From the NCBI GenBank assembly GCA_963851445.1, contig CAWKPH010000001.1:617363-681362 (forward strand): DNA of 64,000 bases, written 5' to 3'. Below, in pieces: positions 19,034-27,057 of this stretch. The notes under the pieces are model-generated. The model was given only the letters and a program-made list of their open reading frames with translations. It had not been told where the DNA came from and did no database searches. The DNA is from an uncultured bacterium. Its GTDB lineage: Bacteria > Patescibacteriota > Minisyncoccia > Phycocordibacterales > Phycocordibacteraceae. How positions within the stretch are numbered: the first letter of the stretch is position 1; each line of letters begins with the position of its first letter. Position numbers and translations under genes: made by a program.

Positions 19034-19423
19034 TCATTTCTCTCCCGTACTAACGGGAGAGTTTTGTTTCGTGAGTTGTCCGTTCCATCCGCCGAGCATT
19101 TTTCCAACGTCTTCGAGCGGGACAGACAAGATTGCGTATTTTTTCGTATCAAATGATTTCGTTTCCCAAAGCACCATGAGCAGCACTTTCAGAGTGTCGA
19201 GCTTGCGTATCGCAAGTCGCACGTACGGTTGCTTTTCATTTCGCGCGAGGAAACCAGCACAGGCTATCGCTTCTATGATTTCAATAAAGAGAGTGTCCAC
19301 GCGTTCGCCCGAACTATACCGATGTATCTTCGGAATCGTCTGGTAAAATCCACACCATAGGACATATGTCGATTTCACACGCTCTAACACTGGTAAAAGG
19401 TTCGGGGGGGGGGGTACTTTCAT
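19034..19423 (-). CDS. avd: Avd-like accessory variability determinant (four-helix-bundle protein), encoded on the opposite strand
   Basis: 129 aa. The pattern LERVKSTYVLWCGFYQTIPKIHRYS…LDTLKVLLMVLWE…ILSVPLEDVGKMLGGW resembles bAvd/PF05635 four-helix-bundle proteins. The N-terminal poly-Pro is encoded by a poly-G/C homopolymer. Confidence 0.65.
   Translation of the reverse strand: MKVPPPPNLLPVLERVKSTYVLWCGFYQTIPKIHRYSSGERVDTLFIEIIEAIACAGFLARNEKQPYVRLAIRKLDTLKVLLMVLWETKSFDTKKYAILSVPLEDVGKMLGGWNGQLTKQNSPVSTGEK
19403..19414. repeat. homopolymeric G tract (~10-12 nt) inside the avd start region / upstream of RT
   Basis: tcgggggggggggtac, seen directly. The exact length is ambiguous in my reading (the ORF coordinates imply 11-12 G). 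Confidence 0.6.
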
Positions 19424-19428
19424 AGGTT

Positions 19429-20127
19429 ATGGATTGTATTCAGTATACGGATACATACGAGAATATCATCTCCGTGGAGAATCTCCTTGAAGCGTGGCGG
19501 GAGTTTAAAAGAGGCAAAAAGCATCGCGCTGATGTGCAGCATTTCGAGAGGAACCTGTTATCCCACGTACTGAATCTGCATGAAGACCTGTCCGTTATGC
19601 GATACGTGCATGACGGATACGAAGCATTCCGCATCACCGATCCGAAGCCGCGAGACATACACAAGGCAAGCGTACGGGACAGGCTCCTCCATCATGCAAT
19701 TTATCGAAAGCTCTACCCATTCTTTGACCGCGTGTTCATAAGCGACTCGTATTCATGCAGGAAGGATAAGGGCTCGCATAAGGCGCTCGCGCGCTTCCGT
19801 GCTTATGCCTATAAAGCCTCATCAAACCACATGCGTACCGTATGGATTCTGAAATGTGACATACGAAAGTTCTTCGCTTCGATAGACCATGGAGTGCTAG
19901 TGAATATTCTGAAGCGGTATATCCCCGACGAACGCATCATGTGGCTGTTCGGACAGGTGATCATGAGCTTCAACACTGAGCGGCAGGGAACAGGGCTTCC
20001 GCTAGGCAACCTCACCTCGCAGCTCTTGGTGAATGTGTACATGAACGATTTCGACCAGTTCGCAAAACATAACCGGTATGCTGTTTTTAGTCTTCCTCAT
20101 CACTGTGATATGGCGAGGAATGAATAA
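19429..20127 (+). CDS. DGR-type reverse transcriptase, apparently truncated (fingers/palm motifs 1-4 present; YxDD not found)
   Basis: The RT motifs are present: ILKCDIRKFFASIDH and …GLPLGNLTSQLLVNVYMNDFDQF. The ORF stops about 20 aa later (…KHNRYAVFSLPHHCDMARNE*) without a YADD box, and no continuing frame was found. Confidence 0.65.
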   Translation: MDCIQYTDTYENIISVENLLEAWREFKRGKKHRADVQHFERNLLSHVLNLHEDLSVMRYVHDGYEAFRITDPKPRDIHKASVRDRLLHHAIYRKLYPFFDRVFISDSYSCRKDKGSHKALARFRAYAYKASSNHMRTVWILKCDIRKFFASIDHGVLVNILKRYIPDERIMWLFGQVIMSFNTERQGTGLPLGNLTSQLLVNVYMNDFDQFAKHNRYAVFSLPHHCDMARNE

Positions 20128-20413
20128 CCTAGAAGCACTCTCACCCCTGAATGAGGATGAACTCAAGGGTCCAGAATGGAGGAATCCCAAGTCATTCAGC
20201 AAGGCCAGATGGACCATACCGATACTATGGATCGGGACGCTGGGCATGTTGATACTTGCCTGGGATGGAATTGGAAATGACTTTTCATCGCAACCTGTGA
20301 TTACATGGTCCATTCTCATACTTTTCTTCGGCACTATGTGGTATCGGGGGGCGCATGAATTGCCACCTTTCACCCTTTCAAGCCTATAAAGGCCATTTGT
20401 TATAATAGAAAAT

Positions 20414-21217
20414 ATGCCACTTCCCCTCGATCTCGTCCTCGTCCGCCACGGCCAGTCTGAGGGCAATGCCGCGAAGCGCATGTCTGAGCAGGGAGACAAT
20501 ACTGCATACGACCTCTTGGCTAATCGCCACACGCGAAGCTATCGCCTTTCGGACCTCGGAAGGGACCAGGCCATGAAAGCCGGATTCTGGATCCAGAGGG
20601 AGTTCATTAGGCTTGATAAGAAGCCAATGTTCGACCGCTACATCACTTCTGAATACAACCGCGCGATGGAGACAGCGGCCCTCCTCGATATCCCGAACGC
20701 TGAATGGTTCCGGAACTTCTATTTAACAGAACGCTCATGGGGCGACCTCGAAGACTGTCCTGAAGACGAGCGCCAAGAGAAGTTTGGTGCTGCTCTCAAG
20801 ATGCGGGTTATCGAGCCTTTCTTTTGGCGACCTCCCAACGGCGAATCCTTCGCTGAGCTCTGCTTGCGCCTTGATCGCGTCCTCGACACCCTCCATCGGG
20901 AAAACAGCGATCAACGGGTTATCATCGTCTGTCATGGCGAAGTGATGCGCGCTTTCCGTGTTCTGCTTGAGCGCATGCCGCAGCAGAAGTTTAAGGAACA
21001 ATACCTTTCCAAGGAGAAGGACGATGCCATCTTCAACTGCGAGATCTTTCACTACACACGCAAGGATCCGAAGACGGGCGAAATTGCGGACCATGCCAAC
21101 TGGATGCGGCGTGTACGCCCTAATGAGGCACCTGTATGGGATACGGGATGGCAGACGATCAAACGTCCGCGTTATTCCAATGAGGAATTGCTGGATATCG
21201 CAAGAAAGATAGGATAG
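20414..21217 (+). CDS. histidine phosphatase superfamily (phosphoglycerate-mutase-like) protein
   Basis: N-terminal LVLVRHGQSEGN signature (the RHG motif). 267 aa. Confidence 0.7.
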   Translation: MPLPLDLVLVRHGQSEGNAAKRMSEQGDNTAYDLLANRHTRSYRLSDLGRDQAMKAGFWIQREFIRLDKKPMFDRYITSEYNRAMETAALLDIPNAEWFRNFYLTERSWGDLEDCPEDERQEKFGAALKMRVIEPFFWRPPNGESFAELCLRLDRVLDTLHRENSDQRVIIVCHGEVMRAFRVLLERMPQQKFKEQYLSKEKDDAIFNCEIFHYTRKDPKTGEIADHANWMRRVRPNEAPVWDTGWQTIKRPRYSNEELLDIARKIG

Positions 21218-21240
21218 GATTCCCAGACTAATCCGATGCC

Positions 21241-22035
21241 ATGAATGCAAGGCCTAATCCTGAGATACATATTCCCGAGTTTAAAATACTTGAGAACATT
21301 AATGAAAATGAGGTTAGCAACGCTCTTAATGAGCTTATTGAACTAGGAGGAAACATCACTAACTACAGTCAGAAGTACATTGCAGATGCACATGTCAGCA
21401 TTAATCCATATTTCTACGACGACCTCAGACAATTTTTCATATCTTGGCGAGGTTGCGCAAGGCGAATCCTGAGAAATGCAGGAGAGGCCTTTATGGACGA
21501 AAGTGAGGTCATGGATGAATCAGACAGCATTCCTTTTTTCTCAGTGATAGATGAGAAGCGAGATTCTTACTCAGTAGATACTCAAGAATTGATCTCTGGT
21601 ATACAGCGCGAAACCTCTCGACGACTGGAAACACTACATAAAGCAAGGGGAAAAATCATTGAACAGGAAAATGAGAAAGTTAAGACTAATACACCTATAG
21701 CTTACAATCATTTAACGAGTGAGTTATATGTACGTGGTATTCCCGTACTTATTAATGCGAGAATGACATTAGGAAGTTCAGGGAATAAAGAAACAGAGAT
21801 GCTGGCGATTCTTTTCAACCAGCCAACGAAATCAATGCCTTGTGATGATTTCTGGATGGAGTGGCAGTCTTTTGAAAATAAAGAGGCATATGAGCAAAAA
21901 GCAAAGAAAAACTGGACATCGATATATCAAGCAGCAAATAGGATTAATAAGAAAGTTAGCTATCTCACAAGCAGGAAAAAGCTTATAGATGTGACAAAAT
22001 ATCAGGTTTCGATTCATGTAGAATACCAATCTTAG
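21241..22035 (+). CDS. hypothetical protein
   Basis: 264-aa ORF with no recognisable motif. Located within element B. Confidence 0.45.
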   Translation: MNARPNPEIHIPEFKILENINENEVSNALNELIELGGNITNYSQKYIADAHVSINPYFYDDLRQFFISWRGCARRILRNAGEAFMDESEVMDESDSIPFFSVIDEKRDSYSVDTQELISGIQRETSRRLETLHKARGKIIEQENEKVKTNTPIAYNHLTSELYVRGIPVLINARMTLGSSGNKETEMLAILFNQPTKSMPCDDFWMEWQSFENKEAYEQKAKKNWTSIYQAANRINKKVSYLTSRKKLIDVTKYQVSIHVEYQS

Positions 22036-22078
22036 TTAGCTAACTCTTCGTAACTAGTTTTCTATACGATGGCTCACA

Positions 22079-23374
22079 ATGAGTCAGGAGAAACCATATT
22101 CGCCAAATATCTCTATCGACCCTCTTATTTCGATAGATCCTCGCACTGTTAACCCCTTCAAGCTACCTGATGATTTAGGGTGGGTAGAGGAGTTAGGAAA
22201 GAGTCGGGAGGTTGTACAAGAGATCTCTCATGACGATAAAAAATCACAAGCAGTTCTCACGCGTCTTTCAGATATAACCTCAAGGGCGGTTAGCTGGCTT
22301 TGGCATGAGCGTATCGCGCTTGGGAAGCTCACTATTATCTCTGGGGATCCTGGCCTCGGAAAGAGCTTGTTGACCGCGACAATGGCGGCGATTGTTTCAA
22401 AGGGCGGCTCGTGGCCGCTTGAAGAAACCCCATGTCCAATTGGAAGCGTCGTATTACTTTCTGCTGAAGATGATCCAGCAGACACTATCAAGCCTCGTTT
22501 GGAAGCTGTAAGCGCTGATTGCGAACGCATTCACATACTGCAAGCCATTAAGGACATTGATTCAGCAGGAAATCCCACAGAACGCATGTTTTCACTTAAG
22601 CGTGATATTGCTCTGCTCGAAGACTTACTCCTTTCCTTGCCAGATTGTCGCCTCATCGTTATTGATCCAATCTCAGCGTATCTAGAAGGTGCAGATAGTC
22701 ATAAGAACAGCGACGTTCGAGGACTGCTAGCTCCACTTGCCAAGTTCGCGTCAAATCATAATGTTGCAGTCGTTTTAGTTCAACACTTAAACAAAAACAG
22801 CGGAGGAAGCGCTATGTATCGCTCGATGGGTTCTGTGGCGTTCGTTGCTGCCGTACGAGCTGCATACGTCGTTATTAAAGATCAGAATGACCCCGAGCGA
22901 CGGCTCGTGATGCCGGTCAAGAATAATCTCGCAACAGACAATACTGGTTTGGCTTACTCGGTTCATAACGCAGATAATGGTGCACCAGTCATCGCATGGG
23001 AGAACGAAGCGATAACCATAACAGCAGATGAGGCACTTACTCCGTTAGATTCTAATGTGGAGAAAACAGACACTGATTGGGCCATAGATTTTTTGGAAGG
23101 TGAGCTTTCTGACGGTCCTGTACCAGTTGCTGAAATCAACAAAAGTGCAAAGCAAGTTGGTGTGTCACCAAAATGTCTAAGACGTGCAGCAGAAAAGCTC
23201 GGAATCAAGAGGAAGAAAGATGGCTTCAATAAAGGCTGGGTATGGTCGTTGCCTAGGCACGAAGATGCCCAAGAATACGAAGATGCCCACCTTCAAAACG
23301 AGGGCATCTTGGGAGCAGAAGGGCATCTTCGAAAGGAGATAGGAGATTTAATCGTAAAGGAGGGTTTGGTATGA
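22079..23374 (+). CDS. RepA-like RecA-fold ATPase (AAA_25-type) replication/primase-helicase loader protein of mobile element
   Basis: Walker A motif ISGDPGLGKSLLTATMAA, Walker-B-like RLIVIDPISAYL, then a C-terminal winged-helix-like region. Typical of ICE/plasmid RepA proteins. Confidence 0.65.
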   Translation: MSQEKPYSPNISIDPLISIDPRTVNPFKLPDDLGWVEELGKSREVVQEISHDDKKSQAVLTRLSDITSRAVSWLWHERIALGKLTIISGDPGLGKSLLTATMAAIVSKGGSWPLEETPCPIGSVVLLSAEDDPADTIKPRLEAVSADCERIHILQAIKDIDSAGNPTERMFSLKRDIALLEDLLLSLPDCRLIVIDPISAYLEGADSHKNSDVRGLLAPLAKFASNHNVAVVLVQHLNKNSGGSAMYRSMGSVAFVAAVRAAYVVIKDQNDPERRLVMPVKNNLATDNTGLAYSVHNADNGAPVIAWENEAITITADEALTPLDSNVEKTDTDWAIDFLEGELSDGPVPVAEINKSAKQVGVSPKCLRRAAEKLGIKRKKDGFNKGWVWSLPRHEDAQEYEDAHLQNEGILGAEGHLRKEIGDLIVKEGLV

Positions 23375-23616
23375 TTAAGGTACCCGTCGGTGCTGCCGAT
23401 GATGTACTGCACTTTGAAAACAATTTCGAAGGTTTCTCTCTCACGCTGTTGACCATACCTGAAGTAGCGAAGTTTCTTAGAATCTCATCTACTGGAGTGA
23501 GACGCTTACAAGAACGGCGAATTATTCCCTTCATCAAGGTTGGTGGCAGTGTGCGCTTTCTCAAAGAAGACATTCTTTCTTATTTGCGAAGGCAGCGAGT
23601 GGAATCCATCGAGTAA
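23371..23616 (+). CDS. excisionase/HTH DNA-binding protein
   Basis: 81 aa (LTIPEVAKFLRISSTGVRRLQERRIIPFIKVGGSVRF), a helix-turn-helix of the Xis/MerR type. Sits directly upstream of the integrase. Confidence 0.55.
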   Translation: MIKVPVGAADDVLHFENNFEGFSLTLLTIPEVAKFLRISSTGVRRLQERRIIPFIKVGGSVRFLKEDILSYLRRQRVESIE

Positions 23617-23626
23617 TAGATGATAT

Positions 23627-24769
23627 ATGGCAGTACGAATGATTAAAAAATCGTGGTGGGTGGACATACGCTTCAATCACAGACGATATCGAAAGCGAAG
23701 TCCTGAAAACTCAAAGGCAGGCGCTCAGGCCTATGAAGCTGTCTTGCGACAGAAACTGGCACGAGGAGAGGAAATAGAGAAAACCCAGCTCGTCTTATCG
23801 AAAGAAGAATCGTTTGAGACCTTTGCTTGGAAGTGGTATGACGAATACGTTATACCAAACAACAAGTACTCGACGCAGCAAATGAAGAAGTACATTCTGG
23901 CTGGCTCCCTGATTCCTTTCTTCGGAAAGATACCTGTCCGAAAGATTACCTCGCACCATATAGATCAATTCAAGGCACATTGCCTTAAAAAGGATTCGAG
24001 CCATAAAACAGTGAATAATCATCTTGGGATATTGAGTAAGCTCCTCATGACTGCATATGAATGGATGGAACTTGAATCTGTACCTCCTAAAATAAAACCA
24101 CTCAAATGCCTACCGCCTAGGACAGACTATCTCTCGGCAGAGGAATGTCAGCTGCTCCTATCACACTCGCAAGGTGTGATTCATGAGATGATTCTCACCG
24201 CGTTGCGGACAGGAATGCGACAAGGTGAACTGAAAGGTCTTCAGTGGACTTCAATTGAGTGGGAAAATCGCAATGTGGTGGTGCGACATTCCCAAGATGA
24301 TTATCGCAAGGTACTTGGCACGCCAAAAAGCAACCGAGAACGCAATATCCCTCTAGATATTGATGTATACGAAACGTTCCTGAAGAAAAAAGCTACAGTT
24401 GGGTACGTATTCCTAACTGCTAAAGGAAAACTCTTCACCCATGACCGTATGACAGTCGCAATAGCTCGAGTATGCAAAAAGGTTGGACTACGAAAAATTG
24501 GCTGGCACACGTTACGCCACACCTTCGCAACTCAGCTCGCCACGAAAGGCGTTCCGTTAACAACAATTCAATCACTTCTAGGCCACTCAAGCATCTCTAC
24601 CACCATGAGATACGCGCATGTTGCGCCTTCAACAATGCGGTCAGCAATAGATCTCTTGAGCCCGAGAACGGCCATCCCGATGGATTTTGGGCAACCCGTG
24701 GGCAACCACTGGCTTGCGTCGCTCGACAAAGAAGCGGAAGAGAAAACCCTTAAGGCTAAAAACCCATGA
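23627..24769 (+). CDS. int: tyrosine integrase (phage integrase family) adjacent to tRNA att site
   Basis: …LTALRTGMRQGELKGLQW… GWHTLRHTFATQLATKG… LGHSSISTTMRYAHV (R…HxxR…Y catalytic pattern). Ends 55 bp from the tRNA 3' end. Confidence 0.8.
   Translation: MAVRMIKKSWWVDIRFNHRRYRKRSPENSKAGAQAYEAVLRQKLARGEEIEKTQLVLSKEESFETFAWKWYDEYVIPNNKYSTQQMKKYILAGSLIPFFGKIPVRKITSHHIDQFKAHCLKKDSSHKTVNNHLGILSKLLMTAYEWMELESVPPKIKPLKCLPPRTDYLSAEECQLLLSHSQGVIHEMILTALRTGMRQGELKGLQWTSIEWENRNVVVRHSQDDYRKVLGTPKSNRERNIPLDIDVYETFLKKKATVGYVFLTAKGKLFTHDRMTVAIARVCKKVGLRKIGWHTLRHTFATQLATKGVPLTTIQSLLGHSSISTTMRYAHVAPSTMRSAIDLLSPRTAIPMDFGQPVGNHWLASLDKEAEEKTLKAKNP
24688..24712. repeat. GGGCAACC tandem repeat (candidate arm-type site), right arm, inside int 3' end
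   Basis: gggcaacccgtgggcaaccactgg. Matches 15938-15960 at 22/24 positions. Confidence 0.45.
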
Positions 24770-24862
24770 GTTTACTTGGTGAAAACGACAAACACCACGT
24801 AATGTGGTGTTTGTCAAGTCGAGCTCCGCGGGTAGGGATCGAACCTACGACCAACTCGTTAC

Positions 24863-25415
24863 ATCGCTCCTCTCGTTACCGTGAGGGATGGACTATATCA
24901 TCATCGGTTCTCGATGCGAGGCGCTTCCCAAATCGCCATTGCGATTAAGTACTCCCTTACGGGATAGTCTCTACACCTTCCGAGATTTTGATCTCGGCTT
25001 GGCTCGGGATCGCCCATCCTTCGATATTCGACGGATTAGGGTTTCCCCGAATTCACCTCGTTTTTCATCCAGAATTCCTTCTGAAAGCTGCGTGATGCCA
25101 TCGTGTACTTCGGCGTGACAATTTGCGCAAAGTAATACGCATTTTTCCAATTCAGCCAGCATCTTTCCCCACGACCTTGTAAGGCCCCTCACCGAAAGAC
25201 CGAAATCTTTCTTTGAAGGATCTAGGTGATGGAATACCATTGCTCGTCTAGATCGGTCATATCCGCATAAAATGCACTTGCCTCCACCGTATTCGAGAGC
25301 CATATCGCGAAGTTTTTTACGCCTTGCAGAAACAGCTTTCTTCAAATATTCGGCACGATCAGCATAGGTTCGCCTTTCTGGCATATACACATGAATATAC
25401 CATTGGGCTTGTCCA
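24863..25415 (-). other. ~550-nt intervening sequence in tRNA anticodon loop (putative self-splicing group I-type intron) carrying an HNH homing-endonuclease ORF
   Basis: The inferred exon/intron junctions obey group I rules (5' exon ends in U, insert ends in G). The intron class was not verified structurally. Confidence 0.45.
24971..25390 (-). CDS. HNH endonuclease (homing-endonuclease-like) inside tRNA intron
   Basis: CILCGYDRS…FHHLDPSKKDF…LLCANCHAEVH (Cys pairs plus HNH catalytic histidines). A basic C-terminal tail. Confidence 0.7.
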   Translation of the reverse strand: MYMPERRTYADRAEYLKKAVSARRKKLRDMALEYGGGKCILCGYDRSRRAMVFHHLDPSKKDFGLSVRGLTRSWGKMLAELEKCVLLCANCHAEVHDGITQLSEGILDEKRGEFGETLIRRISKDGRSRAKPRSKSRKV

Positions 25416-25456
25416 CAGCGAGCCGCTCTACCACTGAGCTACCGCGGAATACTATT

Positions 25457-25482
25457 GCCGAGCTTTTGTGGCTCGGCAAACC
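25457..25482. promoter_or_regulatory. perfect 9-bp stem hairpin (ttgccgagc…gctcggcaa) just upstream of the tRNA 5' end
   Basis: Seen directly in the sequence. Function unknown. Confidence 0.3.
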
Positions 25483-25633
25483 TCATTCTAACGGAAATCG
25501 TAGGTTCGGCAATGGGAGAAAATGAGATTATTGAAGTTAAAGGGAAATCGAACAAGAATCAATATCCCCAATCACAATCTCTTTAGACAAGGTTGCTATA
25601 CTGCAGTTATACCCGTAACCACAGTTTTATTCT

Positions 25634-25870
25634 ATGCTCACACTCTATGTAAAAACGGGATGTCCCTTTTGCGCTAAGGTTCTTCATGCAGGTGAAGAAT
25701 TAAAAGTGAGTTTTACCGAAAAGAATATTGCTGACTCCAATATTGCTAGCGAGCTCATTGAGCGTGGTGGTAAAAGACAAGTGCCGTATCTCATCGACGA
25801 CGGAAATGATACGGAAATGTATGAGTCGGATGCGATCATTAACTACCTCAATGAACAGTATGGAAATTAA
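25634..25870 (+). CDS. glutaredoxin-like protein
   Basis: CPFC active site (LYVKTGCPFCAKV…). 78 aa. Confidence 0.7.
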   Translation: MLTLYVKTGCPFCAKVLHAGEELKVSFTEKNIADSNIASELIERGGKRQVPYLIDDGNDTEMYESDAIINYLNEQYGN

Positions 25871-26231
25871 TTTCACAAATACTCATTCTGTCGAGAATAT
25901 AGAACCAGAGATTAGTGCTTTGGCGGAGAAAAAAGTACGTGCGCTCAAGAAATATCTACGCAAGGGGAGTGCGGTAAGTCAGGTGTACGTGGAGTTTGGC
26001 AAAGTTAGTGAAGCTCACCAAAAAGGTAATATATGGCGAACGCAGATAAATCTCGACCATGATGGCAGGCGCTATCATGCCGACGCGACGCGAGAAACTA
26101 TTCAGGAATCAATTGGGACCTCAGTTAGAGAACTCGAGCACGAACTTCAGAAAGCCAAACAGCAACGGGAGAATATCATCAAGCGGGGAGGAGCAGCACT
26201 GAAGTCGATCATGAAGGGATTCAAATCTTGA
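25862..26231 (+). CDS. hpf: ribosome hibernation promoting factor / RaiA (YfiA) family
   Basis: MEINFTNTH…SALAEKKVRALKKYL…AEATI…DMYAAID-like pattern (…HADATRETIQESIGTSVRELEHELQKAKQQRE). Overlaps the glutaredoxin stop. The listed 25728 ORF is an out-of-frame extension. Confidence 0.6.
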
Positions 26232-27057
26232 AATCCTGCTCCGATTTCCCCTCAATGATGATGCGTTCAACCGTGAATGTATCATCAGAATAAGATGCTT
26301 TGGTAATCTTCACGCGCTGATTCTTGCCCCCTTTTTGTATGAAGAAAAATGTTCCGGGCCAACCTTCGTAGGCGAGATATTTAAGGTAATTCAAATGCGC
26401 AGATCCTGATAGATCAAGTAGGCCCTCTGATTTCTCAATCTTTTTAGTATAGGTTGCTCGGGTTTCATCCTGAGGTTTTGGTTTACACAAACCAAAAACA
26501 TACGGAGCGATAGTCTCTGCAGCTAGTTTTCCACTCTCCTTGGCCAAAAGCTCGGTCAGTGCTATTTTGCCGATCGGCCATCCAGGAATCAGCACTTCGC
26601 GCTGCGCGATGATTGGTCCATGATCCATTTCTTCGTCAAGAAGAATAATAGAGACACCGACAGGCTGCTCGTTTGCAAGGATCTGGCTCTCAATTGGTGA
26701 GGCGCCACGAAACCTTGGAAGAAGCGAGGGGTGAAGGTTCAAACATCCGTGAGCAGGAAGTGAAAGTATCGTAGGACGTAGTATTTTTCCATATGCCGCA
26801 ACGACGAATACATCGTATGACTTCTGAGTTAATTCAGGAGGTATTGTTTTTAGAGATTCGGGCTGTATAAAAGGAACCCCGTGCAGGACGGCCCATTTTT
26901 TCACAGCTGGTTCATAAGGTTCGAGGCCCCGCCCCGCGGGCTTGTCGGGTGCGGTTACGATGAGTTCAGGTACAAGACCTGCCTCATACAGTTCATCAAG
27001 CGCAAGTGCGGCAAAGTGAGGCGTGCCGAAGAATACAAATGATGGTTTCTCGTTCAT
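26221..27057 (-). CDS. fmt: methionyl-tRNA formyltransferase
   Basis: Formyl-transferase N-domain (FFGTPHFAALALDEL…IVTAPDKPAGRG…HPSLLPRFRGASPI). ATGA overlap with def. Confidence 0.8.
   Translation of the reverse strand: MNEKPSFVFFGTPHFAALALDELYEAGLVPELIVTAPDKPAGRGLEPYEPAVKKWAVLHGVPFIQPESLKTIPPELTQKSYDVFVVAAYGKILRPTILSLPAHGCLNLHPSLLPRFRGASPIESQILANEQPVGVSIILLDEEMDHGPIIAQREVLIPGWPIGKIALTELLAKESGKLAAETIAPYVFGLCKPKPQDETRATYTKKIEKSEGLLDLSGSAHLNYLKYLAYEGWPGTFFFIQKGGKNQRVKITKASYSDDTFTVERIIIEGKSEQDFKI

Larger units (their letters stand above)
15775..24855. mobile_element. integrative element B (~9.1 kb) inserted at 3' end of tRNA; carries DGR, histidine phosphatase, RepA-like ATPase, Xis, Int
   Basis: Bounded by imperfect direct repeats of the tRNA 3' end (15775-15808 and 24822-24851). 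The tyrosine integrase gene lies directly next to the intact tRNA. GGGCAACC tandem repeats occur on both arms. Confidence 0.7.
24824..25448 (-). tRNA. intron-containing tRNA, most consistent with tRNA-Asn(GUU) (5' exon ~25448-25416, 3' exon ~24862-24824)
   Basis: The 5' exon TCCGCGGTAGCTCAGTGGTAGAGCGGCTCGCTGT has an acceptor stem, D-arm and anticodon stem. The 3' exon TAACGAGTTGGTCGTAGGTTCGATCCCTACCCGCGGAG has the complementary anticodon stem, T-arm and acceptor stem. The spliced anticodon loop would be CTGTTAA; U1-A72 and G73 fit an Asn identity. About 553 nt separate the two halves. Confidence 0.55.

Noticed and set aside
18810-19346. 178-aa plus-strand ORF spanning the TR
   Set aside because: It is the TR read in the VR frame and runs antisense through avd. 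The TR is a non-coding template, and avd on the opposite strand has the Avd-family pattern.
20078-20389. ORF 20078..20389 as the missing C-terminal half of the DGR RT
   Set aside because: Its translation has no RT motif 5-7 or thumb-like sequence and is hydrophobic with low complexity. It is probably non-coding.
24824-25448. tmRNA (ssrA) as the explanation for a tRNA-like 3' end plus a long upstream region
   Set aside because: The upstream part has a complete D-arm and anticodon stem, which tmRNA lacks. There is no tag-peptide reading frame. The insert instead encodes an HNH endonuclease.
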